64,000 bases of DNA. Source: Bugula neritina. Lineage: Eukaryota > Animalia > Bryozoa. The DNA lies in assembly GCA_964035545.1 (NCBI GenBank), contig OZ037766.1, positions 27,139,673 through 27,203,672 on the forward strand, written 5' to 3'. Below the pieces are notes generated by a model that saw only the letters and a program-made list of their open reading frames with translations, made no database searches and had not been told where the DNA came from. The stretch's first letter is position 1. Every line of letters begins with the position of its first letter. Positions 53,831-64,000 of this stretch are shown here, one piece after another. The translations under genes were made by a program, and so were the position numbers.

Positions 53831-55403
53831 CACACTACACACCACACACCACACACCACACACCACACACCACACACCACACACCACACACCACACACCA
53901 CACACCACACACCACACACCACACACCACACACCACATACCACACACCACACACCACACACACGAACCACACACACGAACCACACACACGAACCACATAT
54001 ATATTACATTTTTCATTATGCATAATGTATATTGTGTTTTTCACTATAGATTATAAAAGATAATATCATATGACATACATTAAACACGATATACAATAAT
54101 ATATAATGTCAATTATACGCAATATATAAGATGGTATATTATATAATATATGGTGTACAATTGTATATCTTGTAATATTCAAGGTCTATATAGTATATGC
54201 AGTGAAAAGCACTTAGTAAGATTGAAAATAGTTATTTTCATTATGGCAGCAAATTGACTCACTATATTCATAATCAGTTGTAGGATCGCTGCCTTCTGCT
54301 ACGCACTTAAATGTAAACTCCTCCCCTTCCACTACTTCTGCTGGATATAGCATCAGTCTAAGATTCCTTGTCCCGGCTGCATAAATAATAGCAAACTTTA
54401 AAACTAGTATAACATATTATAGTGATACGTCTTTACCTAAACTTTAGCAACTCATTTAAGCATAGTTTTAATAGCTTCAATGTCGAAGTTCTAAGTTCTT
54501 TGCATGAATAACCAACATTTTCAAATATCAAATTGGCAATGAATATATTTTACAGAGCATGCTCTGCTTGTTTACCATACTTTGATTAGCAAAGGCTATA
54601 GTTTTTTATGAAGTGTTAAGTTTCAATACATAATGAACTATAGAGATGTAGTGTCAAATTGTTATAAAATGAGTGTTATAATAAATCTGTAGCTAAACTT
54701 CAATTTAAATTTAAATCTATAAGGAGAAATATCAAACAGTTTATGTTTTATTTTTAAGTACTTTTGGTATATGACATAATATAACATCTTCAGGTGCATT
54801 AATTAGAAGATTTTGGAATAGTCTTTCCATTTTTTTAAAACGCGTGCTATGTATACTGCATGATTTAATTCTAGCTAATAGCAGTTTAAAATTGGAACAC
54901 TAATTTGAAGCAAAAGTTAGTCTTATTTACTAATAATTAAATTATCTTTAAATATAATATTTCAATTATTTGCTGAGATATATTCAAAAACTCACTAGTT
55001 GCAGCACCAACTGAAATGTCAAGCCAAATGATATTCTAATGACTTAATACTATGTAGTCACTACATATACATAGTGTACATAGGCATTACAAACAGCATA
55101 TAGTATATAACATATAGTGCAGCAAAGCTTTCTAATATAATGCAATATTATATCTGTTATATTTCAATCCTCAGAGATCCTACCACAAGTTTATATGGTG
55201 AAGCACATATTGTCACAGATCATCAACAAAAAAGTTTCATGTAAATAACTATATTTTGTCTTCCAATGATAATACTCATTGGGGTTTAATATAGTTATCT
55301 AAATTTCTCTTGTATAAAAACTTAAGTTCTCACCTGTCAATGATAGGACGGTGACAGTAACTGTGATGAAATAGTGGATTAATCTCCCGAATATCAAAAT
55401 CAT
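51659..55403 (-). CDS. Type I membrane IgSF receptor (~338 aa, 6 exons): signal peptide, 2 Ig-like domains, TM, Cys cluster, tyrosine-motif tail
   Basis: Exons 55334-55403, 54263-54376, 53500-53643, 52818-53036, 52392-52562, 51659-51957 (1017 nt, all introns phase 1). Ig1 VVEGEEFTFKCVAEGSDP...DGVTVSC; Ig2 LSLNC..GQPLPLYFTW..IQCTANNGIFG; TM VLVLFIVVIAAVAFIAIP then CCCRKK; tail YQEV, YAVL, DDYLEP, YVDM. Confidence 0.88.
53745..53995. repeat. Compound microsatellite: (AC)n, then (CACACAC)n heptamer, then 11-mer units; intronic
   Basis: Direct reading; explains the poly-HT and poly-VC ORFs. Confidence 0.97.
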
Positions 55404-55885
55404 GTCGCCTCTTTCTTAGTGCAAGATTTCTTTAGACCATTGATATGTTTGAATGTTGTTTGAGTTTGTGTAAAATAAATTAGTTACACATTTTGAAATA
55501 AAGGAAGCAAATGGTAGAGGTCTAGCTACTAGTTAGTCTAGCTAGCTATCCCAGTGTATTTAGTTCTAATGAGAAAATTAATGCTTGAATATAAATAAAT
55601 GATAATATAAATATATGTGTAAGTCTGACATTGATAAGTTGACAATTACTGATAATAATAACAGGCTTATCAATGTATTTCCTGACTCAATTATTAATTT
55701 AACAGTAAGTGTAATTGAATATCAATAACTATATAGTTTATTTTAAACACAAACTGACAGCGTTTTTTTAGTCAATAAAGATTGTCACATTCTAAAGCAA
55801 TGATAGCACTCAATATGATTAAAAGCTAGGCCGCTTTAATAAACGTGAGGTTCAGAGTACAACGCCTGTTGCTTACATTAGTTCT

Positions 55886-55962
55886 CTACAGGGCATAGAA
55901 TTTGTACTTACACTATCTATAGGACACAGATTTTGTACTTACATTATCTACAGGGCATAGAA
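55886..55962. repeat. 31 bp tandem repeat, ~2.5 copies
   Basis: CTACAGGGCATAGAATTTGTACTTACACTAT and variants head to tail. Confidence 0.85.
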
Positions 55963-56558
55963 AATTTACATTAGCTATAGAACATAAAAGTTAAAGCAGG
56001 CTGACGTTCCATTGCATCATTATAACTGTGAACGTTCTCCATCATCTGACATAAAATACGCAACTTGGGTAAAATATTTAGTTTAATTGAGGTTATTCAA
56101 TATTTGTTTCCATTAGCTTTTAGCTGGCTACACTTAGTAAATATATCCAATACAATAAAATATAATAAACTCAAACTTATACAACAAAGATATGTAATAC
56201 AATCAAATGTTATACAGTAAAGCAAAGGCAAAAAATATCTTTGAAACTTGGAGGAAATTAGAGAAACTTTTCTTCCTTTTTCTTTCCTTTATAACTGGCT
56301 TTAAGCTCATGAATTATAATAGTATAATATTTAGTATCCTGTAACAAGATACCAAATAGAAGAGATAACACTACACACACTTTATATACCAGAATATTGC
56401 TATAGTTCAGTGTTTGTTATAGAAGGGGTAGAGTAGAAATTAGAAGCATTTTAATTATGTATAGTAGTAAAATCTCGAACTGCTTGTCTATTGTTCGAGA
56501 AGAAATTCCAGTATCTGGATATGTTGAGAGATGTAACCGGAAGAGTTTGAGACTGCTA

Positions 56559-57043
56559 GCAGCAGAAGAAGCAGAAGCAGAGGCAGCAGCAGAAGCAGAA
56601 TAAGCAGAGACAGGAGCAGCAGAAGCAGAGGCAGAAGCAGCAGAAGAAGCAGTAGCAGCAGAAGCAGCAAAAGCAGCAGAGGCAGAGGCAGAGGCAGAGG
56701 CAGAGGCAGAGGCAGAGGCAGAGGCAGAGGCAGAGGCAGAGGCAGAGGCAGAGGCAGAGGCAGAGGCAGAGGCAGAGGCAGAGGCAGAGGCAGAGGCAGA
56801 GGCAGAGGCAGAGGCAGAGGCAGAGGCAGAGGCAGAGGCAGAGGCAGAGGCAGAGGCAGAGGCAGAGGCAGAGGCAGAGGCAGAGGCAGAGGCAGAGGCA
56901 GAGGCAGAGGCAGAGGCAGAGGCAGAGGCAGAGGCAGAGGCAGAGGCAGAGGCAGAGGCAGAGGCAGAGGCAGAGGCAGAGGCAGAAGCAGAGGCAGAGG
57001 CAGAGGCAGAGGCAGAGGCAGAGGCAGAGGCAGCAGCAGCAAC
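56559..57043. repeat. (GCAGAG)n hexamer array of ~60 units (56676-57034) with degenerate GCA-rich flanks
   Basis: Direct reading; explains the poly-AS and poly-LP ORFs. Confidence 0.97.
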
Positions 57044-57691
57044 AACTTGTATATTTATATGGTATAAATCTGAAAATTTGAGTTTTGTTGGCTCTGAGGA
57101 AAACACGGTGTTTCGTCTAAAAACATTTACTTCAAATATTTTAGTTGCACATTTTCATTCATATACAATCATTGGTTTAATTCTTTTTCACTATGAACAC
57201 ACATTATCTCCATCAAAATCACATAAATAAGTCCCAGTCTTTATAACTAATTTAATAATAAATTCAATGCTAAATAGTCAAACTATTGGAAGCAAGTTTC
57301 CTTAGAATGAAGGAAGTTTGAAGAGTTTAGAATATGTATTATTTATTATTATATAAGAAAATTATTTGAATAGAAGTCACCAAAGGCTGCTTGTACAATA
57401 AATTCCAGGTTTATTCATGTTTTTATTGATAAATTAGTAGTATCAGTTCCTCTAAAGCAAATTTAGATGCATCAGATACTTGATGTTTGCTCAACGAGTA
57501 GAATGTTTTATTACCATAAATGAGTGAAAAGCAGCAAACTTATCTAAAAATTAAATGCAAATTCATTAATTAAAGTTGACAAAGGAATCGCTATTACTTT
57601 TAATAGTGACATATGCTGACTGCACACATCTGACCAAAGCTGCCTTTTAATGCCTTGAACTTTATGAGGAAATTCCACATTAACTTGATCA

Positions 57692-58147
57692 CTAAGTTTA
57701 GGGCCACACGACGCGTTTTACACGTTCGTGATGTTCAAGAATACACGCTAGTAACCTGCCACACACAGTGCGTGTGTTGCGAGTGCAAAAAATTATTAGC
57801 CAACGATGTTAGTGTTAAACTTTACTGCTCGCCTTCAGACATTTGTTTTTAGAACTACGTCATCGGCAAAGTGATTTGGGGATTATAAAAGCGGAAATGC
57901 AAACTATATAAAACTGTTTTAATTCAGCTTGCTAAAAGTTAAATCGTAAATTAAAATAATAAAAGTGTGCTAGCTAAATATTACATGGTGATAAGCCAAT
58001 TAGATCAGACACGCATGAGCGTGCCGCTAAGCTCGCTCAGCATGCTAGACGCATGAAAATCCCGCTCATGACGTCCAATTTTTTGGCTAAACGTGCTTTC
58101 TCGCACGTCACTCGAGTGTAAAATGCATCACGTGGCCCTACACTTAG
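57692..58147. mobile_element. MITE (~456 bp) with long imperfect terminal inverted repeats
   Basis: Left CTAAGTTTAGGGCCACACGACGCGTTTTACAC pairs with right GTGTAAAATGCATCACGTGGCCCTACACTTAG; similarity extends ~55 bp; CpG-rich relative to flanks; no coding capacity. Confidence 0.8.
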
Positions 58148-59067
58148 AGCTGTACTTCAGCTGTTGATAGTACAGGGAGTAAGTAGAAAATATCAAAAAG
58201 TGGACAGTTGACACCTATACAACAAAATATTATATTAAAGCATATAAAGATCTTAAAAACCTGATTGTATTCTTACAAAATCTTACGTTTTATTACATGG
58301 TTTAGATTGTGGTACATAGAGATATCTTTAAATGCTCTAGGCTTCTCTTCCTTAAAACACTGATGGTACTATCTGGTTTTAAATATCACTGTTTATGGTT
58401 TCACTGACTTGTAAATTTTAGTTTGAAATAAGGTAAATAGTTTTATGACAAACAAATGCAGTGAACTGAATAAATATCGTTGGTATTCCAATGCTGAAAA
58501 ATTATGAATTAGCAAACTGAAAATGTTTGAAACGGAAACCTAAGTGTGTTTTTATATGTAAGTTTGTATGCTTTAATCCATGTCAAGAGAATTTCCTTTT
58601 TTTATTATCTTCTTTTATTGTCCTCAAGAGCTATTATATTACGCTAGACTCTATAATAGTGACTGTAGTACTTATATAGCTGTATGAGTGTTAACATGTT
58701 GTTCTTATAGTTAATTGTTAATATGTTTAATGTTTAATCGTTAATTTTTTGGATGACTGCAGCAATTAGTTAATAAATATGCCTCTATACATGTAGTGAC
58801 CATTACCTAATAGTATGGTTATCGGCTGTCATGATATTTTATATGTGAGTAGCTTTTGAAAGTATAATAAGCAGGCTAAGTGATTGTTGGAATTTGCAAC
58901 TCATATATTATACAATATTATGTTAAATGGTGTGATGCAATAGGAATGCAGTAGGCGTGACCATGTGCTAATTTCAATAGCTGTTAAGAGTAAAAATATC
59001 CACTATATCTGTAGCTATAGAGGTTTCTTAACAACTTGTTGAGTTATTCTGTGATTTAAGTGACATA

Positions 59068-62000
59068 ATGAAGTGTTCAGTTCTTATTTTGGTAAGTTTG
59101 TAAATATATTAGTATATTAGTTAATTCCATCTGTTTTACAGGTTGAATGAGAAAGTTTTAAAATTCTAAAGAGAGCAATTTAGTAATTTGCTAGATAAAA
59201 TGAACCTATCTTGGAAATTTATTTTTATTTACTTTATGTCAGTTTTTGAATTTTGTATTAGTCAGGATTTGTAATAGCATCACTTGTATAATCATTTATT
59301 TTGGCTTGACATTTGGTAATGGTGAATTATCCCTACATACACATAATCTCAATGATCATACAATACTTTATTTAAACAAATACAAATTAATTTAGATCAC
59401 AATATAAGATCGCTTACATGTACGTGCAAAAGCTAAAACTTTTTTGGAACAATTTAAATATATAAAACACGGTTTTTGGTTTTTGGTGTGATGGTTGTAA
59501 AGCAAATACTTAACATGCAAGCATCAGGATACCAACAATTCGTTTTCAACAATCAAACTTCTAAATTCGTATTTTTATAAAACAGCTAATATAACATTTT
59601 ACTAATGAGCTTTTGGTTACTCATTAAAAATTATTTACATTATAAAGTTTTGAATTGCATACATTTAATAAAATAGCTTTTTAAAAAGCTTAAGGTTGTA
59701 TTTAAATAAAAATCCAAAAACAAAAATTGATAAATATTTAAGCACATAAATCTTAGCTCTTTGTTTACCATTATTATTGTTTTTATTAGTACTACAGAAA
59801 CTTGGCAAATTACTATTCATCACAACTGAAAATTGTAGAAAAATCTATAGTCCTTGTAGATAATTTTCAAAGAGAAATAAAATTTAGAGATACTATATAT
59901 AACATACCTGCTATCTCTGGAAGTGTAATGTATCGTTAATTTGTTTTCAAAGATTTGTCTTTTTGTTCCGGCATGGCCGAAGACCTGTGACAGCACGCTG
60001 ACAAGGTAAAAATATAGCCCTATTAACTATCTTTCAGTAGAAATACTCAGGCTAATTTCTTTTTTACTTGAAAATTTGCTAGTTTTTTACATATGGCTTT
60101 GTTTTATATAAATTCAAGCAATTGCTTCTTTAGTTCATAGGTATGCTAGTAAAACAAAAGTTTGTTAAAAGACAACAAATAATTTTACTGCTGCTTATTT
60201 ACTTTTACAGGTTAAGTTGTAAATTTTGGCAACTATTATAATAAGAAAAACAGTGACAATAATAATTAGAAGCAACAGAATTAAGTTATTTCATAGGAAC
60301 TGCTGTAATAATTATCAATCATTATTTTAGCCCCTACTTCAACAGACCACAGGCTTTTTCTAAAAAGCCATTCACTATCACTCATATGCAGTTGGATTTG
60401 TTCAAAAATGATGGGAGTATTTTATCTTCTACCTGGAGCTCTATTCAAACATCTGATGGCCAACCGTTTAAGGCCCCAATAATTCTTCTACCAGAACGTG
60501 CAACAGGGTTTGAGCAACTAAATGGAACTCATGTTGTTCTGGCAGTACATGATCAATATTGTCTTAAAATGCTAGACAGAAGAACTAACAATGTGAGCAC
60601 CTTTGCAGGAACATGTGGTAGTGAAGGGTACAGAGAAGGGGCAGTAAATTTCGGGTTGTTCAGACGCCCTTTCAATGTTGTTAAAGATTCTCAAACACCC
60701 AGACTCTTTGTTACGGATACCCATAATCATGCAGTATGCGCCGTTGATATACATTCTGGGGAATTGTCTACTTTATTAAAATCAGGTTTTAGCAGGCCTA
60801 GAAATTTGATGTGGATAGCAGGTAGTTTATTTGTGAGTAATGCTTACTACCTCTTGGAAATCAGTTGGTTGAGTGATGGTTCTGTGATTAATACAAAAGT
60901 TGTGGGTTCAACATCTGCTGGTTATGTTGATGGTAGCTTTGCAGATTCTAGATTTAAGTTTCCACGCAATTTAATAGCATTGGGTTCCAACATGTTTCTC
61001 CTTGCTGATGCAAACAAAGTTCTGCGATTACTAGATTTCAACAAACAGGAAGTCCGACCAGTGTGTTTTAATGGAGAATTTCCTTGTACAACTAGTAGTG
61101 TGTTTCCAAAAAATTTACTTTCTGCATTGAAAGTTGGCGCAGATTTGTACATAGGAGCTGCAGGGGGAGATACTCGTATTTACAAAATAGAGGGTTAGTA
61201 CATATGCAGTAAACTCTTATAAATACATATTTCTCCTTAAAAGATCAACTCTTACAAATTTTTATATTGTTTTTTATTCTTCAGGTGTAAAAACTAATCT
61301 ATTTTTTATCAACAATACAATAGTTATTACTATACTTTAGGGTTAATATTAGTCATCTGATCTACTATTTTTGCAACCAAAACTGGTTTCTATTATCAAA
61401 GGAACTTTCAAGTGTTTTCATTAACACTGTCATGTTTACCATATATTATTTTGCAAGAAAATCTATATTCATGCATATTGCACTGGCATTCTTACAACAT
61501 TCAGTTTTATTAATTATACTTAGATTACTGCATAATTTATAGATAGCTGTGCACACTAAAGGTGAAATTGGCAATACTTAGAAATTTTAAACATTAAACT
61601 TTTTAGAAATGTATGATGATGTATAGAGTGTCTAGTTTCTCTATAAGAGTCAAACTGATATGCAATTACATCACATACACTGGTATGTTTTGTTGCAGAT
61701 TTCAACTATCCATATTATAATAGTACTTTCTACTTGCTCCCTGAACAGCCCATAGTGAAGGTGCAGCTGCATGATCAACTTAACGTGTCATTTCCTGAAG
61801 GAGTGTACGACATTGAAAGATTAGATTTGGCAGAATCATGCAGTCAGACTCTCATCATCACAAGTAAAACTAACTTGTTGTTCTAATTATATGTATTGAA
61901 TTCGAATTGACTTTCTAATCAAGTTTGCCACTTCAAGCTAAATGGTAGTCAACATGGCAAAAATCTCAAGGCAGTTTAAAAGACAAATCTTCTTAAAAAC

Positions 62001-63644
62001 ACTTCTTTCTTGCGTATGCTCTAAAGTGTGTTATTTTTTGTTTGAACTTTTATTTGAATGCTCTTTAATTAGTATAATTATATCATCAGATTCCAACTTT
62101 TGAAATGTCTAATTATTGTCTATGGGGCATTTTGCATCAAGCTAGACTAAAGCATGAAGTGTAAAAAACATGTTTTAGCTAGCTTTTATATCATGCTAGA
62201 CTCAAGTCGTTTTACAGTATACAGTGTAGAAACATGTTTTAAAGTTTCACATCTACAAAATAATACAGGGCTATATTTTCTACATACAGAATCTCCAATC
62301 ATAAGAAGACTGGTATTCAAGGCAAGATATGATGTTAGTTGTATTGTACTTCTGGATGACGCTAGTAAGCTGTTCTTAAACCAAGTGCTGATACATAAAA
62401 TAAAGCAGTTTGACAGGATCTGTGACAAAGGTATGAACTTATACTCTTTCTAAACCTGCTTCATATAAAACTAGTGATACAACTAGAACTGTTGAGTTTC
62501 TGTTGATGTGCAGTCATTTAATAGTAACCATTATTTTATAGTTTGATAATATTTTGTTGGTTTGAATTATTTGATTAGCTCTACTTGTTAAATGTGTGCT
62601 TTCGAACTCAGTCATTATAGTTTTTACCTGTATTTGACCCTGCAACTGACATTGATTAGAATGACTACAAGTTGTTAGTTTGACCCAGTAGCTTACTTTA
62701 GCATGAGCTTTTGCTATGTATAGTTGCTTGCAAAATATTAAGTTATCGGTGTTCATTACAAATTATATAACTGTTAAATTATTTCAAATTTCAGCTATTT
62801 ATTATTTGCTTATTCTTCATAGAATGCAGCTTTTCCTCTAAGATCCCACCTGTGTATGAGTGTAAGGATAATCAGTTAACAGTACATTGGCCAACAGACA
62901 AGATATTTGCTGTCGACACTGTAATTATTCCGGCAGCACTGTATGAGAAGTTGATGGAAAGAATAGATAACTTGATTATGGCTGATGATATTGAGATAAT
63001 TATTCTGACACACCAACCTCCGTAGGTTTTCAATTTCTCTATTCAAATGCTTTTTAAATCAATAAAAGAATTTAACCCAAGCACATATGCAGCAGCTCTT
63101 CTGCTACACATCAAAATCTCTACAGCTTTAAAAGTCAATTGTTTTTAAAAAAGATTATCTATTGTTAGGCATATCATGCAAGTCAAGCCTCTGGGTTATA
63201 ATATCATAAATATATATGTATGGTTTTTTCAATTAGATAGGATGCTTTGAAGTTTTTGAAGCTACTATTCAGCAGGGAGTGTTTGGCTACTTCAGTTTCC
63301 AACTTTTCAACAATATTTGAAAAGCTCTAAAACTCATTCATTTCTGCAATGAAGTTACATTATAGAAATATATTTTGATCTTTTAAAAAAGTTATAAAAA
63401 GATCATCATTGACAAAGAAAGTTGGACTTTCAAGTAGCATTTTTATGTAGCACAGATCTGCTGCTTTTTCCCCAAGAAGTTGTTATTTTTAGTAGTGCAT
63501 ATAATACATGATAAGTTTTATTATAATGATAGGTTTATAAAGGCAAAGAGTGACACCAATGGACAGGTGGTTGGAATAGATCTGGTCTCCACATGTGTAG
63601 ACAGTAATCTGGAGTATAATGCTGTTAGAGATATCTGCATTTAA
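59068..63644 (+). CDS. Secreted NHL-repeat beta-propeller protein with an unrecognised C-terminal region (~548 aa, 7 exons)
   Basis: Exons 59068-59091, 59953-60005, 60331-61193, 61699-61863, 62200-62430, 62823-63021, 63533-63644 (1647 nt, phase-consistent). Signal peptide MKCSVLILICLFVPAWP; NHL motifs STFAGTCGSEGYREG..LFRRP, LFVTDTHNHAV, GFSRPRNL, AGYVDGSFADSRFKFP. The last exon is less certain, because an alternative stop lies at 63023-63025. Confidence 0.82.
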
Positions 63645-64000
63645 AAAAAGTTAACATAGATTTTAACAACCATTTAAAACTTTACGTACTGCATGTCAAC
63701 AACTATTTATTTTTCTTTTCTTATTGCATTTTACTTATTAAACTTCACACTTTCTTTTATTATAGACTTTTTGACTAAAGGATTTCTTGTCTAATCGCAT
63801 AATATGCATAATATTATATTATTGTTATAATCTATTTTTCACCCTATATGATATATCTGAAGTGCTATATAAATCTCAGCAACAAAGCAACATTTTAGCT
63901 ATCAATAAAATATATATAGCTACAAAAGTTGAGACAAACTACTGTTACTGGAGTAAATTGTAGTCATGCAGATAGTTGGTGAACTATTTTCTATTTCTTT

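Noticed and set aside
53701-54056. His/Thr-rich and Cys/Val-rich ORFs
   Set aside because: Translations of the compound (AC)n repeat within an intron.
55886-55962. CRISPR-like array of 31-bp repeats
   Set aside because: Units are contiguous with no unique spacers, and the DNA is eukaryotic with no cas genes.
56417-57106. 229-aa poly-(Ala-Ser) ORF resembling an antifreeze or silk-like protein
   Set aside because: Open only because the hexamer repeat lacks stops; no synonymous variation in the array, no signal peptide and no splice context.

Overview
AT-rich, intron-containing (GT-AG) animal genomic DNA, most consistent with an invertebrate; the species cannot be fixed from sequence alone. 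Most ORF-track entries are exon fragments or noise, so I rebuilt gene models by hand from splice sites and checked reading phase at every junction. The main result is a 12-exon minus-strand gene (21595-31606, ~1265 aa) that joins LRRs, a Roc GTPase and a COR domain in frame to a complete caspase (SHG and QACSG catalytic motifs, p20 and p10). This LRR-Roc-COR-caspase looks like a one-chain sensor/GTPase switch/protease, an architecture I do not know from the literature. Other genes: an ankyrin-repeat-only gene directly upstream on the same strand (34114-34719); a ~7-8 kb tandem segmental duplication with two intact SLC16/MCT-like transporters and a truncated ankyrin copy; a 6-exon 2-Ig transmembrane receptor with a tyrosine-motif tail that the ORF track largely misses (51659-55403); a secreted NHL beta-propeller protein (59068-63644); a secreted helical protein with a KR-peptide-GKR cassette (10062-12721); and an orphan tyrosine-rich terminal exon. 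Repeats include tRNA-derived SINEs, MITEs, a probable solo LTR, long inverted repeats and microsatellites. I found no convincing coding exons in the first ~10 kb.
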